Assembly: GCA_038496445.1 (NCBI GenBank)
Contig: JALMLS010000356.1
Coordinates: forward strand, 85,973 to 149,972
Direction of reading: 5' to 3'
DNA from: Trichosphaerium sp. ATCC 40318
Taxonomy: Eukaryota; Protista; Tubulinea
Length of the DNA: 64,000 nucleotides
Shown here: piece after piece, positions 51,898 through 62,136 of the stretch
Position numbering within the stretch: position 1 is the first letter of the stretch
Layout of the letters: each line of letters starts with the position of its first letter
Notes under the pieces: model-generated
Told to the model about the DNA's origin: nothing
Databases searched by the model: none
The model's input: the letters and a program-made list of their open reading frames with translations, nothing else
Program-made: the position numbers and the translations under genes

Positions 51898-52930
51898 ATG
51901 GGTGACAAAGGCAGTAAAGTGGCGAATAGCAAAGGTAAAAATAAATGCCAGGTTTTTTAAACGATTATTGGTGGTTAGCTATTTAAACAAACGTTAGACG
52001 TGCTAATTAGATTCGCACATGCGTATTTCGTGCCTTGGTGGTATTATCGCGCCATTGTAGAGTTTGAAACAACTGACGGTATCATAGGCGCTAAGAACCC
52101 TTCTACAGTAACGAAAGACGCAAATCGCGAATAGTACAAGCACTTTTAGTTTAATTCTTAACGTTGACACGGAATAAAGTGATTTCAAATTTGAGATCGT
52201 TATTGTCGGTGATTTTGGCGTTGGGAAGACCAGTTTGATCAATAGAATAGTTGATAACACGTTTACAGAAGCATACACAACCACAAAAAAAACTGGCGAG
52301 AGTGTACGTTTTACGAAGTGCCACGTGTGTCACTATCTGTCTAAATATCCTAGTTCTTTCAGAGAGCAACAATAATTGATATTGGTGAAGACAGGAGTAA
52401 GCTAAATCTCAATGAAGTTCCTCGTAAGTGACACCTTCATATATTTTTTTGAAGCTTTGACTAAGACTAGACGTCTAACACTTCGTCTTTAGCACAGCCA
52501 AATTATGATAAACCATTCCAGAATCCGTATAGAATGGCTCATTGTGTTGTGATTGTTTATGATTGCACAGAACAACAGACATATGAGAATATACAGACTT
52601 GTTATGATGATATTAAAAGACAAGCAAAAGAGGATGTGAAACTAGTTCTTGTTGCATCCAAAACTGATCTGGTATCTCAAGCAAAAGTCAGTTTTGAAAC
52701 AGCCAAGGTACAAGATGAAATAGATTTTGTAGTGTACACTTGTTGCACAACACTGACTTGATGAAGGTATTTGCTGAAGAACACAAAATGCAGTTATTCG
52801 AAACTTCAGCCAAAACTTCAAGCAATGGTAAACAATTGGTTTATACTCTATCTTACTGTTTTATGTAGTTGAAGACACCTTCCTTACTATGTTGCATGAC
52901 GTTCTGAGGCATGCTAAATCTAAAAAGTAG
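51898..52930 (+). CDS. Divergent Rab-like GTPase with N-terminal MG, no DxxGQ and no C-terminal Cys
   Basis: MGDKGSK; IVIVGDFGVGKTS, VIVYDCT, VASKTDL and FETSAK; ends ...RHAKSKK*. The small 5' exons are tentative. Confidence 0.8.
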
Positions 52931-53181
52931 CACGTGCTTAAGACAAAGTCAATGTACTTAGTAGTTGTTCTAATATGTTCTTTGGTTATTATTGTTTGTT
53001 CCTACCAAGCACCTTTTATTCATATAAAAAGAAATCAAGCTTCTCGACATGAATTACATGTGTTTTATTAACTTGGCTGCTGCTACACTATACGCAACTT
53101 ACTTGATCTGTCTCAGTAAACACTATCATTTGTTTTTTCTTTTTGTCATAACATGTTACAACAAAGGCAGAACTAATAACA

Positions 53182-54584
53182 CTAGTGAATCCTGCATTGA
53201 ATGTTGCTATTATCAAACAAACAGTAGTTAGTACAAGTAATTGCGTTTGTTTGTTCAACAAAACACTCACGTGATGCCCATGAAAAGGCTTGGTCATGTG
53301 TGCTTTCATAATCAGTCCAAGTGCAAACATCAAAGTCTCCCATTTGCGATAGCTTCTTTATTAGCCTAAAAAAACATGTCACGTGACCAAAAATTATCGA
53401 AACTAAACCTTACACCTTGCCTATAACATGAGTTCTGGAGTACTCGTCATCTTTCATGTATTCTGTACTAGAGATTGGAGAAACATGCACATCTTTTGAA
53501 CGAAATGGAGCAATAGAAATTTGGCATTCATCCACACTGTGGCGTAGGCTTTTTTCATCATCAACTTGCGCCAAGTATGGAGGCCTTATAAATTTAGAAA
53601 ATAGTCTGTTGTTTCATACAACACATACAATTCGTGATTTGCTAGGAAGTGATAAGAAAACTGTGCTAGTGTCATAGAATCAGAGCCAAGAGATACTTCA
53701 TCTTCTAGGTTCTGCTTGCCAGTTGCATGACGTAACATGGTTATTATAGCACATAATCCATGAGACAACTCATTACTTTTGTGAAGTTCAACATCAAAAA
53801 CAGCATAAGTAAGCACAGCCGTCGGATTGACTTAAAAAAAACCATAAGAATCATAAAGACATGTAGTTGTCTTACAGTCAAGAACTATCAAAGAAATGTA
53901 AGCTAATGGTTATTATTAGTTGAGTCATTGCTTACTTCCAAATGAGTTTATACCTTCGATGAAACCACTATATGAGGGTCAGCCACTACATTCAACAAGA
54001 ACTAACAATTAACTTGTGCAAGGAAAAAAGTAAAAACAGTTTCTAAATCAGTGTGACTACTTGATTAAGTTCTTTGAACTAAAACACGTGTCCATTCAAA
54101 AAAGTATCTATTGTGGGTTAACTTACTGGAACCTATCGGAGAACTTGTGTTCAATATACTTAGGAAATTGGCTAACTGTTGAAACAAAAAGTCTATGCCA
54201 AAACTTATCATCAACATCATCTGTTTTTATTGACTCTTCTGTTTCCTTTCTTCTTTCATCCCAAACAAACTTTGAGAAGAAAAATCTTTTCCATATCGCA
54301 TTAGCACAAGCAACCTGAAAGCAAAAAAAAAAGTCAACAAAAAGTAACAAAACAAACAACCGCTTCTTGTTGTTTGGCCTGGCCTGTGCCGGTTGTTTCC
54401 AGTAATGGCAGAAGAGATAATGTATACGTACATCGTGCCAGGCCGTTGAGACAGTTTGAACAGCGCTTACGTCCTCACTTGGTAGGTATAAGAAAATACA
54501 AAGCAAACAGTCGTAATTAAGCTCGTTTGATGTATTATTAAACTTCTGGTGCTGTTGTCGTTTTATTTGATGATTTTTACTCAT
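53182..54584 (-). CDS. F-box protein with an unknown C-terminal domain
   Basis: LNYDCLLCIFLYL...VQTVSTAWHDVACANAIWK, followed by several further exons. Confidence 0.75.
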
Positions 54585-54749
54585 AGTGAGATCTTATCAC
54601 TGTTTTAACTGATATGTATTGTCCCGTGTTGTCCCGTGTTGTAATGCTAGCGCAACGTAACGGATCTTGTGGACTTCAAGTGACTTAGTAATCTCAACAG
54701 GTCCTGCTGAAAAAAAAACCTGTGGACCAATTGTTTTGATTGAGTTTTT

Positions 54750-54992
54750 TCATATACATGCTCGCAAAAACTGTAATTTGGATCATAGAGATGTAAATGG
54801 TGACACTGCACTACTATTATCCTTTAAAATGAACATCTTATTTGCATAAGGCGGCTTTATAATAGCAGATCCTACTATTGGGTAAAACAGTACATATTAT
54901 TTACATTTATGGAGATTGAATGAAGTCGCTGATGACAATGAAGCAGAGCTCTATGATCAATATGCTGCTGAGTATGAGGACACTCAGTATTA
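54750..54992 (+). pseudogene. Ankyrin-repeat fragment
   Basis: CNLDHRDVNGDTALLL followed by in-frame stops. Confidence 0.35.
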
Positions 54993-55155
54993 AGAGCTAT
55001 TGGAACTGACAATAAAAAAACAAAGAAAAAGATGTATGAACTCGATAACGTGGTTAAATTTCTTTTATGAACTTAATATCTCAATAGAAATGCATTACAC
55101 ATGTGTACTGACCATGCACGTGCATGAAAAAACAACCATCGTTGGGGTTTTTTAG

Positions 55156-57751
55156 CTACTTCTTTGTAAGTGTAACTGAATCTGCAACACCTATAACGTT
55201 GTCTATTAGTTCCTTTAAAGAGTTTTAAGTTGGAAGTAATCGTACTAAGATTAGAAGCAAGAACAAACTCTAATTTGAGTGTTGCTCTGGTTATATGCAA
55301 GCGAGTGTACCCAAACTCTGCCATCCTAAAGGATGTATTACTATAGTAACAATGTTAATTAGCTTTGTACCTGTATGTTGACCATTCCGGTTGAGGTCTC
55401 CATCTACTATCTAAAGTCATACCAGCCATTCCAATAACCTTAAAATATATTTAAAAACAGTTAACCGAACTACAAAACACTTGAAAAACTCCAAGTAATA
55501 AAGTCGTTTTGTGATGCATTTAAGGTACTTACAACGTTCACTGGTGCTTCTCCATCGTTTCTACACTTTTGTGACTCAACAGGGCATGTACGCTCATAGG
55601 AGTGATAGTGACCAGCAAGGAATAAATCCACCTAACAAAGTATTAATGGTGTAAACAGATAAACAAACTTCTGTTTTGTGTTGTACTTTATTATCAACTA
55701 GCAAGCCTTCAACATTCTCCTGTAGTTTCTGGCACATAACCCAATCTGATGCGTAGTTCGCTGAAGAATACAAAGGTCTATGAGCACCTACAACAACCCA
55801 AGGAGTAACTTTTCTATCAACAGTCTCAAGATCGTTTTTAAGCCATTTGTACTGTGCCTACAACATCGTTTGGAATTGCATCAAATAAACCATTTGAGGC
55901 GTACTGAATTAGGGGTAAAGTCATGCTCAGCTGAGAAAATAGAGAAGTGCGTATTGCCATAATCAAAAGAGTACTATCAATGAGTTTAGATGGCTCTCTT
56001 GGTGCACATTTAGCTGAGTTGACGTACCCAATCTGTGTCTCTTGTCCAAGGCATGTTGAACCTCTCTTTGGCTGGTACGCCGCATTCACCTCCTACATCG
56101 AGTAAAAATGATATCTGGAAGGCTAGAACATTGCAAAGTTTAGATGTGATATACCTGAGTCGGCACCATAGTTACTCCAAGATGGTTTAAATGGTTGACC
56201 TGGGTAGTCGTATTCATGGTTTCCAATTGATACCATGTAAGGTAACGATGTAGATATAGGTTCTATCATCATGAAGAATTGTTCCCAGCGTATAGCATAC
56301 CCAACTTGATGAAACAAATAAATACCAAAATCAAATTTTGATACACAAAAAAAAGTTGTTATCGTACCTGAATAAGCTATATCACCAATCTGAAGGAGTA
56401 GGTCATAATCTTTGGTTTCTATTTCTTTATTTAGACCTGCTACTACACCTTGCGATCCTGGTTCACACCATCCAGAGCCTACACTCAAGTAAAAATGTTA
56501 AAACGAAAAAAGTATTCGAACCTTCGTTGCATCTAAACGTTCCCATATCACCAAAAGCTAGTACATGTATCTCTTCAGCACCAGGAATCGCAGGCGATAC
56601 AAAAGTACGTATTGGTCCCCAACCGTCAACGTTATTTCCGTATCTAAAATCACGTGTCATTCACTTTGGTCAGAAACAATTTTAAAATTAAACGATGCGC
56701 TAACTCAAGTGTATTGCTGTCTAAACAACAGTTTAAATACCTGTAGAAATACTTTGTTCGAGGTTTCAATGATGTTAACACTACATCATGAAGTTGTCCT
56801 GGATCTCTAAAATATTTGATAGCCACACTGGCGTTATTAACAGCACAGTGATACATACTTTCAACGCCATAAGTTGAAGAATTTCCTATCCGTGTTTCAG
56901 CGTTGAGTGCCAAATGCGTGAGTGTTAATAGATTACCTGTAGCTTGAGTACCAAGACTATCAGTTATCCCGTATTGAACCGTGGCTACCTTGATTTTAAG
57001 GGTAAGCAATGCTTGCAGATAGTTACTGGTAAGGTACGGTACCTCTACTGAATCGCTTGTCCACATAACACGCATTTCAGACGGATCATCTGTTAACGCG
57101 ATGTGGCCTTGCAATGGATATGTCTTTTTGACATTTACGGTATTACTTGTTGCAGCAAGAATGTACGATATGTTATTCCTCCAGTACTTGACGACATAAT
57201 CTAATTTACATTTAAAAAAAATCACCCGAAAATCTTTTTTTTTTCGCCAAATTAACCAATTTTGTGTCGTTTCGTAACACGTGAGGAATGACAAATATTT
57301 TCTCCGTACCTGTACGCATATTTATCATCCAATCAAAAGATACACTTCCGCTGCCCGTTTTCCAGCTGTAAAACAAGTTAAAAAACACAAAACAATTTTT
57401 TGAATGTCGCAAAGTCTCCACAACAAAATATCGCACTCTGGAGATGCCGTTACCCACTAATACTTGAGTTAGTGATATTTTATGCGTTCAATAATCCTTG
57501 AGTGCCTTGTAAGACAAATATTCCGTCTTGGGGCTATCTGGCGGGGAGTAAATAGCGATCCAATCTTCTAAACAAAAGATTGGTTTCGGCAAATATAAAT
57601 CCCTCGTACTTTCTCCAGGGTTGGTTATTCCACTCCATTTTACGGACAACGTTTCTACATCAGTGATGACATTTGGAGAAACTATCAAGGATGGTTCTGC
57701 AGCTGAGAAAGCGACAAAAACTAAAAATACTAGAAAAGATTCCACTCTCAT
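55156..57751 (-). CDS. Purple acid phosphatase (large nucleotide pyrophosphatase/phosphodiesterase type), secreted
   Basis: Signal peptide; DWIAIYSP, GDMG, GDIAY, GNHEYDY, HRPLYSS, GHYHSYERTCP and FGYTRL. Confidence 0.93.
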
Positions 57752-57859
57752 GTTTTTCTGCTTTTATGGCTTAACTGGAGAAACTAAGGTATGTACTTCG
57801 ACAACAAAATCTCATTTACAAGTATTAATAAGAGCGGATGTAAACTCAGTAAACCAGTT

Positions 57860-58702
57860 TTAATACCAAATGTATCCTAGTTCACCATCTATCCACATGC
57901 GCTGTGACTTTAGTTCTCCGTTCTCATGCCATTGTTTAGTTTCGCCATGCCGTTTATCATTAGCCCACATGGACTGTTCCTGAAGTTGTCCATTCTCATA
58001 CCACTCTTTAGTTTCACCGTGTAGCTTATCATCAACCCACATGGACTGTTCCTGAACTTGTCCATTTGCATACCAATTTTTGCGTTCACCCTGTTGTTTA
58101 CCATCAACAAACATGAACTGAAACTTTAGTTGTCCATTTTCATGCCATCCTCTACTGTCACCACTTGGTTTATTATCAACCCACATGCATCGTATCTGAA
58201 GTTGTCCATTTTCATGCCAATATTTACACTCACCTTGTAGTGTATTATTTACATAATGGAACAACTCTTTCAATTGACCATTTTTGTACCACTTTTTGTA
58301 CTCTCCATTGAATGCATCATTGACAACATTACCTTGTTCCATCAGTTCACCGCTTTGATACCATCGTTTGAAATCTCCATGACATACACAGTTGACAGTA
58401 TTATACAGCTCTTTTAATTGACCCTTCTTGTACCATACTTTACATGGTCCATTCACTACATGTTTATGCATTTGTACCTCTCCACTTGTATACCAACGTG
58501 TCCACATTCCTTTCTTTTTTAATGAATCATCAAAATGAGTATTAATTGCTGCTCTCTTTGATAGAGTATGGAATTTTGTGAATGCTTCAATATTGAAAGT
58601 ACAAATATATGTTTGAAGTTCACATGGAATATCCAATAAACCAAATGAGACCAATTTACAGTGAAGGTTTTTTTGCTTTGCACTTGACTGTAAAAAAAAC
58701 AA
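57860..58702 (-). CDS. F-box-like plus MORN-variant repeat protein, paralogue of 3937
   Basis: LLDIPCELQTYICTF...FTKFHTLSKRAAINTHF followed by about 9 repeats. An acceptor-like site near 58690 suggests a short upstream exon (ATG near 58781). Confidence 0.85.
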   Translation of the reverse strand: MFFLQSSAKQKNLHCKLVSFGLLDIPCELQTYICTFNIEAFTKFHTLSKRAAINTHFDDSLKKKGMWTRWYTSGEVQMHKHVVNGPCKVWYKKGQLKELYNTVNCVCHGDFKRWYQSGELMEQGNVVNDAFNGEYKKWYKNGQLKELFHYVNNTLQGECKYWHENGQLQIRCMWVDNKPSGDSRGWHENGQLKFQFMFVDGKQQGERKNWYANGQVQEQSMWVDDKLHGETKEWYENGQLQEQSMWANDKRHGETKQWHENGELKSQRMWIDGELGYIWY

Positions 58703-59201
58703 CGTTAGCGAAAAGCATCAGAGAACAAAAGATTAAATTGATAAAGAGCTTGCAGAACCAATTTGCTTGATTTTTGTACATTTGGTTGACAAAAACTAAT
58801 AAAAAACATAAAAAAGGGTGCCAATATGTCATGGACCAATATATAGGAATTTTGCTGGCGTGTCACCTCTAAAAGGCTTGGTTTCTACGAAAAATGGAAT
58901 ACTAACATACTAACTCCACTACACTGTTTACGTGGTAGTTTACGTACCATTGGACCTCCAAGTGAAGTACTATTTCTTTGAAAATGCACTCGTTAAGGTA
59001 TTGAAAAACTTAACTTGTCATCGCTTGTGGAGTCATTAATCCAGATTACTTGCTAACCAACTGTTTAAGCAGCACTTATAAACGTGGCAAGTGCGTTACT
59101 TTTTTTGGAGTAGTGTTTTTACAAACGAACTGACATGAATGCTTAACAAAGTGATAGGAACTGACTTAACTTAAAAACAAAAAACCAAACGTTTTTTAAT
59201 C

Positions 59202-59733
59202 ATGACCGCTAGGCACTCTGAATTAGACGCAGATCAAGGCGAGGTATCATCTGCACGAGGATTAGGCGCTAATGTTCAAGTTTCGTCAACTTATGACCCA
59301 AATCATTCACTTGGAAACAGTTTCTTACACGCGCAACCACCTCGAGTTTATGCTGGCGCGTGGTGTGCAGGTGCTAATGATAAAAATCAGTGGGTACAAC
59401 TGTCATTTGGGTTTAAAAAAGTTCTCGTGACAGGTGTAAAGACACAAGGTTGTTACCAATGTTTTATTTAAAGCCAACAATGATATCATTAATTTATCAA
59501 TAGGACGGTATGATTGTGACCAATGGGTTACCCAATATTCAGTTTCATACACAAATAATGGATATGATTGGTTAACCGTAGATAACGGCAGAACCTTTGT
59601 TGGAAACAAAGATAGAGATACAGTTGTATCAAACAAATTCGAAAAACCAGTTTTTGCAAGAGCAATACGTATCATACCTCTCTCATGGCATGCTCATATC
59701 TCAATGAGATTTGATGCTTTGATTGTAGTTTAA
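59202..59733 (+). CDS. Stand-alone discoidin (F5/8 type C) domain protein
   Basis: GAWCAG...QWVQL...GVKTQGR...QWVTQY...ARAIRIIP.SW...ISMRFD, with one intron. Confidence 0.92.
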
Positions 59734-60268
59734 AGTATTAATGTTTGAAGAATAAAAAGACTGTCTTCCACTAGAGTCGCTGTAGCTCGAGTATTTCGAA
59801 ATAAGATAATTGTACGAATAGATTGATTATTGTAGAGAAGTTGCGCTACAACAAAATTAGAAGTATGTCTCCAAATTGCAACCACAGATCCTTATAAATG
59901 AAAAAAAAAAATCACGTGACCTCAGACCACAATACTTTAGTTGGTTGAGTATAGCCAAAAGTCGATTTTACAGAGCATTTTTATCCCAACATACAGCAAG
60001 CGGTCATGTGCGGTAATCAGTTTTGAGAACTTGCATTTGCAACACTTAATGCTTACAAAAACACTAATTAGGACCAAGACATAAACTATCACCCTAACGC
60101 GCACTGCTGCAGTTATACATAATCTAAACAACTGTAAAATCTTTGACAATAGCCAGTGAGCAACCGCATTAACAACTGAGATTTTTTTATATTCTTTTAT
60201 TACACTATTTTACCATCTTACAATGTTTACTGTACTCCAAATGCACCGTTGTGAATATTCCTTACGAA

Positions 60269-60531
60269 TCAAGTCTTATTGACTTTAAAGCAAGTAGATT
60301 GATTATCTATAAACTGAATACCATATCCGTGAACAATCAGAGGACGTTTGGTTCCGTGTATTGAAGGTGGGCGAGGATAAGCACCATCTATGTCAGTGCC
60401 AAATGTTGTGCAATGTCTTGACTATGTAATGTTAGCTCAGTTCATCTAAAGCACAAAATACATACCTTTGCATTACATAGTATATTGTCTACAGTATTTA
60501 GATTCAAGTTTGAGAGGTGTTGTGTTGTCAT
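60269..60531 (-). CDS. Inverted copy of the small ORF at 42816
   Basis: About 60296-60617 is near-identical to the reverse complement of about 42727-43050. Confidence 0.45.
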
Positions 60532-60923
60532 TGTGGTTGTGTTTTAATGAGTTAAGTTACGACTTAAAATATCAAGTATGATTTCAATCTAAGTTCACTC
60601 AAACATTTCAATCAACTGATATCATAAACTACTTTATCAATGCTTGAACTAAAAGCCCAGTGCAATTGGCAAACCTTGTGATGATTGATTTTTATTTTTT
60701 TATGGTTGAAAACTAAAACAATCATCATACACGCTTTTCACTCAATATTGGCTATCAATCTCGACTAGCGTAGACCACACTATCGTAGCAATGTTACAAG
60801 CTATAACTTTGGTCAATGTAGCTCGGATCAGGGTAATAAAGCAGGTATCCAATCCAACTAAGACAAGAGTCTACAATTGCATACAAAAATGTCTTTTAGG
60901 CTATTTTTAGTTTACTTTTCTTT

Positions 60924-61610
60924 CTACAAGAGTCTACATTTCTGTTCATGTTTCTTTGTTCTCTTGTTCATTGGCGCAGATATAACAGCACGTGTGGCTT
61001 CATCGAAAATAGTTTTAAGTCCGACCTGTGTGAAAGACGAACACTCCAGGTATTTCAAAGCACCAATACTTTGTGCCATTGATGTTCCTTGTTCAAATGT
61101 TATTGGAGCTTGTTTCTTTGCAGCAAGCTTATTTATCGTTGTTTCTTTATCTCTGAGATCAATCTTATTACCAACTAATATGATTGGTACATTAGGACAA
61201 TGATGAGAAACTTCTGGAAACCACTAGATGAAGACGTAAGCAACAAACAAGCGAAAAAGATAAAACCGAAGTTTCACACGTGCCTTTTCTCTCACGCTTT
61301 CGAAAGACGATGGAGCAACAACTGAGAAACATATTAAGAACGCCTCTGTATCAGGATATGATAAAGGTCTTAATCTAGCATATTGTTCGCGCCCAGAAGA
61401 ATCCCATAATTGGAGATTGATTTGAAGACCGTCAACCATAACATTTGCAGTGTAATTATCAAACATGAAATCTAACATCTCTACAACAACAGTTACTAAC
61501 TAGTAAATGAGTATAGGGTCACCAGGCATGGTATTAGTGGTATAGGATATAAGCATAGCCGTTTTTCCAACAGCACTGTCTCCAACGAGTACTGATTTTA
61601 TTGTTCTCAT
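60924..61610 (-). CDS. rac: Rac/Rho GTPase copy B, divergent (G12S- and Q61R-equivalent), possibly a pseudogene
   Basis: [26 protein letters not shown] and CRLL. The switch-I/intron-1 region is altered. Confidence 0.75.
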
Positions 61611-61726
61611 TGTTGTTGTGTGTATTCCTTGCATTAAAAATACTTGTTTGTGCTGTAGTTAGGCTAACATAAAATAATTTGGCTTTCGCCTAATTTGAAT
61701 TATTTATCTTCACTGAAACTAAACAG

Positions 61727-61884
61727 CTGCTGTTAAGGCTTGGTGGAACAATGGTAAAATACAAAGGCATTGTAATTACATCAACGACAAGCTAGAAGGA
61801 GAGTACAAGGTATGGTATGAGAATATCCAATTGTGGTGGAAGTGTAATTTTGCCAATGACAAACAAGAAGGAGAATACAAGGCC
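61727..61884 (+). pseudogene. Orphan MORN-variant repeat fragment
   Basis: AVKAWWNNGKIQRHCNYINDKLEGEYKVWYENIQLWWKCNFANDKQEGEYKA with no full gene around it. Confidence 0.65.
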
Positions 61885-62136
61885 TTGCATTGGGAATGGG
61901 TACCCATTGTAATTACATCAATGGCAAACGATCATATCAGGCATTTTTGGCTAGGTTTTGTTCATCACTGTGAGTACGTAGTACATGCTAACAAGCAAAA
62001 ACTGTTTAGCTATGTTCTAAGGTAACATAGACTAAGAAAAGCGTCTTACCATTGAACAAGTTTTATTGAAAAATACCGACAATTACTTTTCTACCACTTT
62101 CTTTGTTGGCTTTTTTTTTTTGTATTTTTTATAAGT

